IMG/VR virus record: IMGVR_UViG_3300042356_001602
Direction: 5' to 3' (one strand)
Origin: a virus
Lineage: Duplodnaviria > Caudoviricetes
DNA length: 64,000 bases
Shown here piece after piece: positions 23,101 through 33,936 of this stretch (position 1 is its first letter; every line of letters starts with the position of its first letter). The notes below the pieces were generated by a model. The model was given only the letters and a program-made list of their open reading frames with translations. It was not told the origin of the DNA and did no database searches. The position numbers and the translations under genes are program-made.

Positions 23101-26100
23101 ATGAAAACTTATTTTTTAGCTCTTAGGAATGAAGATTTCAACGTTAGTTCTAACGTATGGACTACTGACTCTATAGACCTATATGCAAATAAGTTTTATA
23201 CCAATTACTCAACGTATAGATCCCCTTATGGGCAGAATCTATTAGGGGACTATACATTTACTGGGACTGAAACTTTACCCAATGCAACTCCGTCCTTGCC
23301 TAATGCCACCGTTGTTACAAACTATGGAGAAATAGTTACTGACCAAGATGTTGGAGAGTATTACATATATAATTCCAGCGAAGAAGATGACGAATTCTCT
23401 TATTATGACCTAGTAAATGGAGCAACTCCATACAGGTTATTGACGCCAAGCTCACGTGTGATCTTTCAACGTTTTGTTGATATGTCTAGCCAAATAGATA
23501 TAGTTGGTTTTAAGCATGCTTTTTCAAACCTTAAAGGAAATGAAAATCCAACCTTCTCGTTAAAGATAAAAACAAGCGCAGAACAAAGCGATAATGATTC
23601 CGACTGGAGACAGATATCAAATTCAAATGAAAATGTAACTGTTTTATTTTTACGAAATGTAAATAGATATAACAAATTTGAGATAACGTTTGACTCAGAA
23701 ACAGATTTATCTGATTCAAATTTTTTGCTATTGGTTCAAATTAATATAGCAGAGACTGTAAGTCCGGTAATAACTGATCATACTAGGAGTATGCTATCAA
23801 GGTTCCCTGGATGGACTAAAATATATCAAGATTCTTTAGAAAAATCTACTCCATTATTAGCCCTCCCAGAAACAAATGCTGGAAAGTTTTTGAATGCTGC
23901 ATCAGGTGAATTTTTAGATCGAATTGATGGATTAATAACAAGGGTTGAGCTTGATTCTTTTATTGCTTCAGTTGATCTAGAACAGGTTGATTGGCTCTAT
24001 GTTAGTCAGCCAATTGAACCTGGATTTATTATGGTTAGAGGAGATAACATAGAACTAAGCAGACTATCTAGTTTTGATGAATTAGTTACATCTAAATTAG
24101 TTGACAATGTTTTCTTTTATAACTTTCTTACATTCCAATTATATACTTTAAAAAATTATACGACACTCTATACTGACAACACGTTAATAGGGCAGATACC
24201 TATTCAAAATTTTAATACTTTTGATGAATTTGGATTAAGAGTTGGGCTTCAAAGGTTATATCTTGAGTCAAATGAAAACTTTAAAAATAGAATATTAGAT
24301 GTATACATTAATCCTCCTGATATATCTGCAAATGGACTCAAGAGAACACTTAGAAGAGAGCTAGATATTTGGAGAGCTTATGGAGCAACTCCTAACTCTC
24401 AATATCAGGGAGCTACTCCAGAGATTCTAGAGATTACTGACATACTAAATAGCTTGGTGTATTTTAATGAAGAGGGAAATCCAAAACAAGAGTTTTTTGA
24501 TCTTGTAGAAGATTTGAATAAAAGGTTTCCTTCAAACTACGGTTACATCAAATGGGGAGAGGCATACTGGGATTACGCCGGTGTACTTTCAGAGGGCGTA
24601 TCTAGAATCCCTCAATATACTGACGCTACCCCAATGGCTACTCAAAACTATCAACCAGGAATTGGAGACTTTGAGGACGCAAGACTTGTTTTAGAAAAGC
24701 TTGATAAAAAAACAAAAGAATATTCATTTAGTCTAAGAGCTTATGGATATAAATATGATACTGTAACGACAGATAACTACGAGCCAATTAAAGTTGCATA
24801 CGACACATACCTGTCTTATAGTGAACCATACTACGATCACGACACTGCTACCATCAACTATGAGATTTATCTAAAATTAAATCAACATGGTTACATAGGC
24901 GCAGATAGAACTTTTAAGGCTAATTTAACAGACTATGTCAAAAATGCCTATGCTCCTGATTCATCATCTTCTCCGGAATATATAACAAAAGATATATTCG
25001 GCCCATCTGGGTTAACATCAAATCAAATTATTTTTTATTCTGTAGACACCGCAGCCACACCATATTTAAATACTATAAGTCCTTCCGCTACTGAATCATA
25101 CACTATAACTCAAATACCACTATATGCAGTTCAGCAGGCAACCATTAACTATATATCATCAAAGAACCCAAGTGGAGCAACTGGAGATTATGTCTGGGCA
25201 TCTTTTTCATCTGGATCTATGGCAAACAATTCCTCTAAGGTTGTTGTAAAAAATTTTAGCAACCAAACTTATAGTGATGGTCAAATTAAGATAAATTCAA
25301 ATATATACAGCGCTGCAAAAAATAGAATAGTACAAACTCAGAAGGTAAGATATTATGGGGATTACACCATAATCAACTACCCTTCTGTTGGGTCCAGCAA
25401 GAGTAACATAACAATGTCTATTACAGACGTCCTGAAGCACTTCAGTATGCCGACTAATGCAACTCCATTATATATACATGTAGACAACGTCTTGGTAGGC
25501 TCTTATGAAAAAGCTCCAATATATGATTCTGCAAAGATATACGGTGGAATTTCTGTCAATAGAGATGAAAATGAACCATACTACATACCTTCATCCCCAA
25601 ACATAAACATATCTTTAATTGGAGCAACCATAGCTTCTCCATCTAGTCATGGAGATTACGATAACACTTCTGGTTCAACGGTCAATTATTTCTTTACGCA
25701 AACGAAAATACCATTTGCATCTACACCAAGTTCAATTGTAATTAGATCAAAAGACGGCGCAGTGTACCCGTTTGAATATCCTGTATGGGAAGAATTTAAT
25801 GCGAATTCAATAGATCAATACAATTTTTTTATGTCTGAAAATGGAGTCGTTCACGCATCCCCTAATGTAAATCAAGACTTACTTGAGACTAAAAATTCAA
25901 ATGTAATAGATTATTACACCATTCAAAGATCAGACTTTGGCTTAGGAGATTACGCCTCATCTCCAAATCTTTACTTTACTTCTGTAGAAGCTATAAACGA
26001 GAATGATGACGTAACAATATGGACTGATTATAACTTTATAGAAAATGAAAAGACTGTCTATACAGATGATCTTGAGAAAAATGTTTCTTTAAACTATTAC

Positions 26101-27762
26101 GATTCTGCTTCAGGCATATATAAGATATCAAGCTTGCCAGTAAAGGCTATTCTTAACTATGAAGCTACAAAGTATATATCTCCTTCGATTAGAAGTGGTT
26201 GGTATTTCCAAGATGGCGAAAGATTCATCTATGCAGATCCAAAAGTTGACGCAAGCCTTAATCAACCAGAGGTGGTTCTAGAACAGCTTGCTAGAAAGGG
26301 TTCTCCAATAATCGTTTCAACGGTAGATTCTAGTGGATCTACCGTCAATTATAATCAAGTTTCATTCTTCGATGAAGCTACACCCAGCTTGTATTCTCAT
26401 TATAATTACGAATACATAACAGCTAAAAACACAAACAGTATGTATTTAGCATATTCAAACGTATTTGACGTAACAATAGTCGATACATATACAGGAGAAA
26501 CTGTTTGCTCTGGTGTTTCTTCGGAAGACAATTATATAAACATTATATCTTTCCCAGAAAATCAACCATTTAAAATTGGAAGATCTTACAGAGCATCGTA
26601 TAGAGTGGTAGACGTTTTTAATATAGACAATCAATATTTCAATACTGTCGACAATGATTATAGGACAAAGGTTTCATTACTCAGTACTCCAAATGCAAGC
26701 TATCGCACTTACATAACGTATGAGTCAGCACTTCAAGATGATGATTACGAATTGCCAGAATTAAAACTTAATCCATTATACTCGGCATTAGATTCTGGGT
26801 ACATTTATCTTTCTCATGAAGAATATGATTATGATACTTTTGATTACATTCTTTCTCCTAAACAAGTACTTGCTGATGGAAAAGATTCTATGATTTTAAA
26901 TGTTTTTTCTAAAGACATAAACGGAAATCCAAAACCATATAAAGATTTCATCATATCTGGTTCTAACATATCATCGACTCCTTCCACTATTACTTCTAAT
27001 GTAGACGGCTATGCTAGATCTCAGATCAAGTACACTGGAGCAAATGTTCCATATCAAAGTTCTTCATACTTGTACATAAAAGATCAGGACAATTATAGCG
27101 CTACAGTTAATTATTACGTAAAGCCAAACCCAAGCTCAATTGATAGATTGACAGCAGAAGTGGATGCAAAAATTATTACAGCAGATGGTGTTCAAACTGT
27201 AAGAATAAATGGAAAAACAAATCCAAATGTTTTTGTTTATTGGAGAAAATCTAGAAATTTAAAAGACCTATTTGATACAGCCTATAGCACTACAGACGTA
27301 GTTCCAGGTAAGACTTATAACTCCGGCAGAGTACTCTCTGACTCCCAGGGCTATTTTAATATTGGCAATTTTATAGCCCAAGATGATGCTATTCCTGGAT
27401 ATTGGTTTGTCTCAGTTGAAACTAATCTAAACACAGATGCTGGAATACCAACTTCTATTTTGAGCGGAGATATTGTCTGCTGGTATGAAAAGTATGACTC
27501 TACACAATCAACCCTAGATGAGCCTGTTCTTAGCCCTGGTTTTAATGTAAATCCTAACTATAAACATTACGCTTCAAACGTAGCATTTAAAGTAAACACT
27601 TTAACAGAACAGGTTTACTATAACAGCAGTGCAACACCAACCTGGAATCTGCCCGATTGGTACCCAATTTCTAGATATACCCAATATGAAATGGGTTTAT
27701 TAGGCGCTACACCCTATGTTGTTGAGTACTCTGATCTACATCCAGATTATGAAGAGGAATAG
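23101..27762 (+). CDS. 1553-aa tail/baseplate structural protein with Ig-like (Big-1-like) modules near the C-terminus
   Basis: Ser/Thr/Asn/Tyr-rich beta composition; ADGKDSMILNVFSKDINGNP...TSNVDGYA and TADGVQTVRING...SDSQGYF segments. Confidence 0.55.
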   Translation: MKTYFLALRNEDFNVSSNVWTTDSIDLYANKFYTNYSTYRSPYGQNLLGDYTFTGTETLPNATPSLPNATVVTNYGEIVTDQDVGEYYIYNSSEEDDEFSYYDLVNGATPYRLLTPSSRVIFQRFVDMSSQIDIVGFKHAFSNLKGNENPTFSLKIKTSAEQSDNDSDWRQISNSNENVTVLFLRNVNRYNKFEITFDSETDLSDSNFLLLVQINIAETVSPVITDHTRSMLSRFPGWTKIYQDSLEKSTPLLALPETNAGKFLNAASGEFLDRIDGLITRVELDSFIASVDLEQVDWLYVSQPIEPGFIMVRGDNIELSRLSSFDELVTSKLVDNVFFYNFLTFQLYTLKNYTTLYTDNTLIGQIPIQNFNTFDEFGLRVGLQRLYLESNENFKNRILDVYINPPDISANGLKRTLRRELDIWRAYGATPNSQYQGATPEILEITDILNSLVYFNEEGNPKQEFFDLVEDLNKRFPSNYGYIKWGEAYWDYAGVLSEGVSRIPQYTDATPMATQNYQPGIGDFEDARLVLEKLDKKTKEYSFSLRAYGYKYDTVTTDNYEPIKVAYDTYLSYSEPYYDHDTATINYEIYLKLNQHGYIGADRTFKANLTDYVKNAYAPDSSSSPEYITKDIFGPSGLTSNQIIFYSVDTAATPYLNTISPSATESYTITQIPLYAVQQATINYISSKNPSGATGDYVWASFSSGSMANNSSKVVVKNFSNQTYSDGQIKINSNIYSAAKNRIVQTQKVRYYGDYTIINYPSVGSSKSNITMSITDVLKHFSMPTNATPLYIHVDNVLVGSYEKAPIYDSAKIYGGISVNRDENEPYYIPSSPNINISLIGATIASPSSHGDYDNTSGSTVNYFFTQTKIPFASTPSSIVIRSKDGAVYPFEYPVWEEFNANSIDQYNFFMSENGVVHASPNVNQDLLETKNSNVIDYYTIQRSDFGLGDYASSPNLYFTSVEAINENDDVTIWTDYNFIENEKTVYTDDLEKNVSLNYYDSASGIYKISSLPVKAILNYEATKYISPSIRSGWYFQDGERFIYADPKVDASLNQPEVVLEQLARKGSPIIVSTVDSSGSTVNYNQVSFFDEATPSLYSHYNYEYITAKNTNSMYLAYSNVFDVTIVDTYTGETVCSGVSSEDNYINIISFPENQPFKIGRSYRASYRVVDVFNIDNQYFNTVDNDYRTKVSLLSTPNASYRTYITYESALQDDDYELPELKLNPLYSALDSGYIYLSHEEYDYDTFDYILSPKQVLADGKDSMILNVFSKDINGNPKPYKDFIISGSNISSTPSTITSNVDGYARSQIKYTGANVPYQSSSYLYIKDQDNYSATVNYYVKPNPSSIDRLTAEVDAKIITADGVQTVRINGKTNPNVFVYWRKSRNLKDLFDTAYSTTDVVPGKTYNSGRVLSDSQGYFNIGNFIAQDDAIPGYWFVSVETNLNTDAGIPTSILSGDIVCWYEKYDSTQSTLDEPVLSPGFNVNPNYKHYASNVAFKVNTLTEQVYYNSSATPTWNLPDWYPISRYTQYEMGLLGATPYVVEYSDLHPDYEEE

Positions 27763-27765
27763 TTT

Positions 27766-30700
27766 GTGAAAGCTTTTAAAAATGTTACGAACCAAGGCAA
27801 TGAGCCTGCTGTAAAAAAGGCTGTACATCTTCCAGAAGATTCAATTAATTTAGGTTGGTTTAATTCAACAGAGATTACTCCAGAAATGCACCTATCTGTT
27901 TCTGACCTTTCTGGATTGATACCAGAAAATGTTGTTCCAGTAAGCACGTCGGAAATAGATACAGCAATGTATGCTGATGAATTTGGTGTTTTAAGATACT
28001 TAAAAACTAATCAAGAAATGAATCAAGGATTTGGTTCTCCTATAGTAGCTAATTCTGAAGTTTCTATAAGTAACTACATTGCAAGTGAAGAACAAGCAGA
28101 CATAAACTTTAATTACACTGGTAGAGAAGTAGCTTTTGAGTCTGAAATGTTTATACATAGTTATTATGTAAGCAATTTTTTTACATTGTTGGACTCAACC
28201 GTATCAAATTATAATGGAATAGAAAAATCTGCTGAACTTAGAGAGCCATCTAAGTCTGGAATACAAGTAGTAGATGGTTCCGGAAATAACTTTTTAGATT
28301 CTAATGGAAAAAATAAATATAAAATTATATTAGAAAAATATACAAACAATAGATCAGTCGTAGAGTTGTCTGGTACAAGATATCAAGGCCTTGATTTGTA
28401 TAGAATAATAGTTTTATTAGAAGAAGTTAATCCAAAAGATCTTTATCTTATTTATAATAAATATGAAAAGAATGAAGATAACATTCCTTATAATCCATTT
28501 TTTGCCTATAAAGAAAAAGTAAATACAATACCATACTATAAGTATGTTATAGAAGAATCTGAAGTAATAGATCCAAGCTCTTCTGAAAGAAAAGTGTATT
28601 CAACACAATTATTTTCTTATAAAGAAAATGAATTATTAAAAACAAGAATATCCAATGATGGCTGGAAAATTTATGCTCCTAGAAAAGCCATACAAGATCC
28701 AAGAACTTTTCAATCATTTAACTGGAGACTATTAGCAAAGATTACTTACAATTATTCTAACGTAAGAAACGTTTATGCAGACTCCGAAAGGGCAACATTA
28801 AATGTCGGAGTGCTTTATTCTGGTCAAGCTTCTGACGCAAAGAATGCTTACGTATTTGCAAACATGGAGGAGTCAGTATTTAATCTTCAGAATTATCTTT
28901 TTCAAAATCCTATTGCAGCAAGTACTAACAATAAATCTCAAAGAAGCTATTGGCTAGTAAACATAGACGATAATACAATTGATTATAGTAGGTTTGATAT
29001 TTTGGTGTGGACACCAACACAAGCTATTACTGAGCTTCAAGGCAATGCGGTCAATAGAGCTTTAATTTCTAATGCTTCAGTTTTTATAGACGCTTCACTG
29101 ATATCTTCTAATCTTTCTTATTTAGGTATAGATTTGTCTATAACCAATACTTCAACTGGATTCCTGACCGTACAAGATACATATAAGACTGGCCACACGA
29201 CCATGAATGCTTGGGATCTTTCTGAATATAATGAGTCTTCAACTAGCCCTAGGTACAGCATATTTGGAAAAAGAACTGAAGTTTTGAATAGTGATTCAGT
29301 TGTTCCACTAAGAACTTTTAATGCTAGTCCCTCAACACAATCTTCTTCAGTTGCCTTAGTATCTGTTGGATCAAATGCCGTTATAGTTAAAAGATCAACA
29401 AATACGCAAAACATACTGCCTTCGTCTTTAGTTATAAGCGCTAACCCTTTTCTCTATTTAATAAATGATATCGTTAGAGCAGGTATCTCAGATGTCTCTA
29501 ACAATGGCGACACTAATGCTTTTCCCGTTGGAACAGTTGGCAGTCAAAGCACTGCAGTCAGTACTGCTATAATTGGACCAAATAAATTCTTTTATAATTA
29601 TCTTTCTGATGTTAACAAAAATAAAGTAAATAACTTTGCAACAAACAATACTACTAATCAGTCTACGGTTTTATGGAATGTTTCACCATGGAGAAATTTA
29701 TGGACGATTAATGGTGCAGTAAATAATGGAAAGATAACTGTTCTTTCTGATCTTGAAAAACAACAATATTCTTTTTCATTAAAGGCTGCAATAGGAAGCA
29801 CGGATCAATTTTTCTGCAGAGAGATAGCACCCTCTTTGCCTGGAGTCCTAATAGCAGATTTTGATGGCACACTAAATGGCGGTGATGCTGAAAGCATAAT
29901 AAACGCTGACTTTAGTAATGTAGAATTTTATTTAGAATGCACTAATCCAAACATAAAATTTTTAAATTTTACTGATTACAATTCTACGCTATCAGCAGGC
30001 GGAGATACGTTGTTGGGTCAAGCAAATTCTAGCTATAAAATTTTTAAACTTAATACTCAAGCCCTTAATCAAATCATATCAGCTCCATCTTCTGGCATAT
30101 CACTCGATGCATACAGTACAATAAATTCTAGTGAGATTGATTTTTCTAGTATAACTTATCCCTATGTTGCATTGGGCTCATCTGAGTACAATAATAAAAC
30201 TAACTCTGCCATTAGGACTCCAACTGACTTTTTACCTGGAAGTCAAGACGTTAAAGATTATAATTTTGGTTTTAAAACAAGTATCTCAATTAACGAAATA
30301 ACAAAGACTGTTAATACATACATAATAAATTGGTCTACAAACTTTTCTTCTGCTATAGGTGGAAAAGCTGATTTTAAAAATGTTGTATTTAAATCAGCAA
30401 GAAACACCGGTGGAATAACTAGGTCTAATTTTTCTATCTCAGAAGTAGAAGAAAATAAAATACAAATTAAACAAAAGTTTTCTCCATTTAATAAATATCG
30501 TTATCCAGGAAAAGTTTTTTCTAAAACAGATATAGTTTCTGCCGATCAAGAAACAACAGCATCTTCGTTTAATAATTTTCATTACACTGGAGACATAGAT
30601 GCTGGGAATAGATGGGATGAATACTTTGTAGGAAAAGATTCATTTGGGGTCACCACTACTACCACCACTGGAGCAGCTACTGCTACCGCTACTACTACTG

Positions 30701-33700
30701 TCACAAGGGGCACAGCTCTTTCTGGCGCAACCATAAGAGCTGCAATTATAGCAGCTAGAGATACTGACGGAACATTTGATACAGGTAGTTTAAATTTTTC
30801 AAACGGACAGTCTATAAATCCAACTGGATTTTGGGCAACACTAGTCTGGAAACAAAATAATGGAATTACGCTTTCTGTTTTTTTCCATCAATGGTTAGAA
30901 CAATATCTTAAAGCAGTATTTGGAGCAACGCCAACAGCTGCCCAATACCTCTCTTATCTTGCAACCGCTACAGCAAGTTTTGTAGCAGACAAATTTATAG
31001 AACAAAATCCAGTAGTTTACAAAGCAGCTGAAACAGTAACTACAGGAGGAAGAACGGCAGGTGCGGTTACGACTTCAACTACTACAACATTTACAACTTC
31101 TAGACCAAGTACTAGGAATGGTTATTCAGAGAGTTTTGTTAAGTATGTCCAGTATACTCTGTTAAAAATGGGATACGCAGTAACGATCAATGGCCTATAT
31201 GATTCTTCTACTGGATCTAAAATAAGACTGCTTCAACACGCTGCTGACTTAGGATTTGTAGACGGAATAGTTGACTCTCAAACAAAGTCAGTATTAGCAA
31301 CCTATTGGCTAGATTTAATGAAAAATAATTTAGAGAAGTATAACAGCTACTTAGAAGACGCTCCAAGTGTATCTAAAAAGTATATATCTGCAGCTGTCAA
31401 ATATTCAGATATATCAAATATCGGAGTTACTGGTAGAGAATACAGAAGGATTAGCTTTACCGGAGTGCCAGGCCCAACAGTATTAGAAGACTATATTTTC
31501 TTTAAAGTTCCACAAAAAGCTAATGACCAAATTCTTCATTCAGTAACAGTTTCAACTGGAGAATGGGCTGTTAGACTTGGCGAATTGGAAGTATTTACTA
31601 GCGATCTTGATTTACAAAAATTTTATCAAAGAAAAAAAGAAAGAGTTAATATACCAGGTGTATTTGCAGTTTTTACAGCAGGGTCTCATGGGGTAATAAA
31701 TTCAAATAGTTCAAAGACTATAAATTTTAGTTCAACCCTCTCAGATGCTAAGTGGATTGGCATTAGAATGTATAGCAGAAAAATAAATGATGAAAAGTTT
31801 GGTCCTAATGCAGAAGGATTCTCTGTAAAAAATATAGAGTTTGGAATCTCTTCTCCCAGTACGGAAATACCTGCCGTGTATGGTGGTATCTCTACTTTCG
31901 AAGGAAAGGCTCAAGGTACGATAACTGGCTATACAGAAATAAGTTCTGCTGACGAGGCTTTAATAGATTTTTCTACAATTTCAAATATGATTCAAAAATC
32001 AAATGTATCATCAATAAATGTAAGTAAAATTGATTTTACAATGTCACAGATTGTAGAAAATGTTACAGTAACAAAAACAGTTTCACATACACCATCTGAA
32101 CAGTTAAGGTATTCTTCTACGGTTAACAAACTTGGTGATAGCATATCGTTCAAGCACGAGGAAATAGATGTAGAAATAAATGGTTTGACTCAAACAAATA
32201 GCTTATATGATATTTCACCTTCTATAGTTTCGTCATTTAAGAAAAATGGTACAGCAAGTACCAGTGCTATTTCTAGTGGTGATTTTTCTTTAACTCAAAT
32301 AACTGGAAGAATTAACTTTTATTCTCTTAAAACAACATTAGGAATAGCTTATGATTCAAGAGAAACTTCTCCCCAAGTAACTGTATCTAATTATTTTATA
32401 GCTGATGCAGATAATATAGCAAGTAGACAGAACACCAAAAATACTATAAGTGTAAAAGATGGAATCGTTGTCTTGACAGATTCATTAGGCCTGCCGGTAG
32501 GTTTTCCTAATTTTAGTTCTTATGCACCAACTACAGTTAATAGTGTTACAAATTTTGGTTTCTTAAACTTAATTTGGGATTACCCCACTCCAGCTCCTTA
32601 TGGTTTGTATTGGCAATTTTATAATGTGTTAACGAAAAAGTTCTTAGGCAAAAAAATATCATATTTTGAATATATGGCTTACGGTGCGAATAATGTGTTC
32701 ATTGGCCTTAATGCTTATGACTCCGATATGGACAGCGGAACGCAAAACAACATAGTTGGCACTCCCGTTAGAGCACCACAGTCGGAAGACAGTAGGCCAA
32801 CAAGATACATATGCCCAGTATACTCGGTCAAAGTAAAAAGTAAATCAAAGATTAAAATATCTTCCCCACCAAAAACATTAAGCAAATTTGACACATGGTT
32901 TGTTAATGTTGGCATCGGAAAGTTTATTAAAGATATAACAATACCTTCTAGCTACACTTTTACCAATTGGATGAAAGAGTATAAGGGTAAGACATTAAAG
33001 TGCTACTACGATACGACTCAAATTAAAACTCCAAACTCTTCAATCTTTGGGCATGGATACTATGACATACATGATGAAAATCCAAAAGTTATTTCTGACA
33101 ATACAATCTCTTTAAGGTACGGATCTGTTCATTGTGTGCAGGAGCAGTATGACAAGAATCTATACGTCAATGATAACTATACCGACGCAAGCCCTATAAG
33201 GCCTTGGATTTTTGTTTCAATCAAAAACTCTAAAGGAAAATGGATAGATATTCCAACAAAAGAAATAAAAGATTTTGATAAGAATACTGGTAGAATAACT
33301 TTTAAAAAAGAAATAGTTCCTTTAGATCCAAAAGAGATTAAAGTTACTTACACTATAGTGAGTCCAGATTTAATGGTTCATCAAATCAATGGAGAAATTA
33401 TTCCTCTTAATCCATTCTTGGGGGCAGAAGATAATTCTCCAATATTTATCTATCTTCTTCCAGTAAGATGTGAAGAACTTGTTAACAATGAATACTCTGT
33501 ACCTTCTGGTTTTGCGCCAGATGGTCCATTAAAGTTTACTAAAGACTCAACTATATTTGATGCAAAGTCCACCAAATACAATCCATTGGCTTTGCACATA
33601 GCTACCATAAACGTAAACAATACCTATACCTTTGAAAACGTTAGCGTAGAAGACATGAGAATCAAGGGTGGTGGCCTAAAGCATTCGGTTAATATTACTA

Positions 33701-33936
33701 ACAAATTTTCTAACGATCTAGACGTAGCGTCTTATTCAGATATATATACTGGTATGTCATTCCTGCATCCTAACGGTGGATATGTTATAATTCAAATACC
33801 GCAAGAAGTGATGTCAAACTTTAACTCTAGGGATGAAATATACAGCATAGTTAGGAACAACCTAACAGCTGGAGTAAGCTTTGACATTCAAGATGTTGAT
33901 GGAAAAAACTGGAGAGGGATCTACGATGCTCAATAA
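27766..33936 (+). CDS. 2056-aa tail structural protein with an internal peptidoglycan-binding domain
   Basis: GTG start. VKYVQYTLLKMGY..TINGLYDSSTGSKIRLLQ....GFVDGIVDSQT resembles PG_binding_1 and is flanked by Thr-rich linkers. Confidence 0.6.
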   Translation: MKAFKNVTNQGNEPAVKKAVHLPEDSINLGWFNSTEITPEMHLSVSDLSGLIPENVVPVSTSEIDTAMYADEFGVLRYLKTNQEMNQGFGSPIVANSEVSISNYIASEEQADINFNYTGREVAFESEMFIHSYYVSNFFTLLDSTVSNYNGIEKSAELREPSKSGIQVVDGSGNNFLDSNGKNKYKIILEKYTNNRSVVELSGTRYQGLDLYRIIVLLEEVNPKDLYLIYNKYEKNEDNIPYNPFFAYKEKVNTIPYYKYVIEESEVIDPSSSERKVYSTQLFSYKENELLKTRISNDGWKIYAPRKAIQDPRTFQSFNWRLLAKITYNYSNVRNVYADSERATLNVGVLYSGQASDAKNAYVFANMEESVFNLQNYLFQNPIAASTNNKSQRSYWLVNIDDNTIDYSRFDILVWTPTQAITELQGNAVNRALISNASVFIDASLISSNLSYLGIDLSITNTSTGFLTVQDTYKTGHTTMNAWDLSEYNESSTSPRYSIFGKRTEVLNSDSVVPLRTFNASPSTQSSSVALVSVGSNAVIVKRSTNTQNILPSSLVISANPFLYLINDIVRAGISDVSNNGDTNAFPVGTVGSQSTAVSTAIIGPNKFFYNYLSDVNKNKVNNFATNNTTNQSTVLWNVSPWRNLWTINGAVNNGKITVLSDLEKQQYSFSLKAAIGSTDQFFCREIAPSLPGVLIADFDGTLNGGDAESIINADFSNVEFYLECTNPNIKFLNFTDYNSTLSAGGDTLLGQANSSYKIFKLNTQALNQIISAPSSGISLDAYSTINSSEIDFSSITYPYVALGSSEYNNKTNSAIRTPTDFLPGSQDVKDYNFGFKTSISINEITKTVNTYIINWSTNFSSAIGGKADFKNVVFKSARNTGGITRSNFSISEVEENKIQIKQKFSPFNKYRYPGKVFSKTDIVSADQETTASSFNNFHYTGDIDAGNRWDEYFVGKDSFGVTTTTTTGAATATATTTVTRGTALSGATIRAAIIAARDTDGTFDTGSLNFSNGQSINPTGFWATLVWKQNNGITLSVFFHQWLEQYLKAVFGATPTAAQYLSYLATATASFVADKFIEQNPVVYKAAETVTTGGRTAGAVTTSTTTTFTTSRPSTRNGYSESFVKYVQYTLLKMGYAVTINGLYDSSTGSKIRLLQHAADLGFVDGIVDSQTKSVLATYWLDLMKNNLEKYNSYLEDAPSVSKKYISAAVKYSDISNIGVTGREYRRISFTGVPGPTVLEDYIFFKVPQKANDQILHSVTVSTGEWAVRLGELEVFTSDLDLQKFYQRKKERVNIPGVFAVFTAGSHGVINSNSSKTINFSSTLSDAKWIGIRMYSRKINDEKFGPNAEGFSVKNIEFGISSPSTEIPAVYGGISTFEGKAQGTITGYTEISSADEALIDFSTISNMIQKSNVSSINVSKIDFTMSQIVENVTVTKTVSHTPSEQLRYSSTVNKLGDSISFKHEEIDVEINGLTQTNSLYDISPSIVSSFKKNGTASTSAISSGDFSLTQITGRINFYSLKTTLGIAYDSRETSPQVTVSNYFIADADNIASRQNTKNTISVKDGIVVLTDSLGLPVGFPNFSSYAPTTVNSVTNFGFLNLIWDYPTPAPYGLYWQFYNVLTKKFLGKKISYFEYMAYGANNVFIGLNAYDSDMDSGTQNNIVGTPVRAPQSEDSRPTRYICPVYSVKVKSKSKIKISSPPKTLSKFDTWFVNVGIGKFIKDITIPSSYTFTNWMKEYKGKTLKCYYDTTQIKTPNSSIFGHGYYDIHDENPKVISDNTISLRYGSVHCVQEQYDKNLYVNDNYTDASPIRPWIFVSIKNSKGKWIDIPTKEIKDFDKNTGRITFKKEIVPLDPKEIKVTYTIVSPDLMVHQINGEIIPLNPFLGAEDNSPIFIYLLPVRCEELVNNEYSVPSGFAPDGPLKFTKDSTIFDAKSTKYNPLALHIATINVNNTYTFENVSVEDMRIKGGGLKHSVNITNKFSNDLDVASYSDIYTGMSFLHPNGGYVIIQIPQEVMSNFNSRDEIYSIVRNNLTAGVSFDIQDVDGKNWRGIYDAQ

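Noticed and set aside
30650-30712. ACT/ACC tandem-like repeats
   Set aside because: These encode Thr-rich linkers; they are low-complexity coding sequence, not a DNA repeat element.
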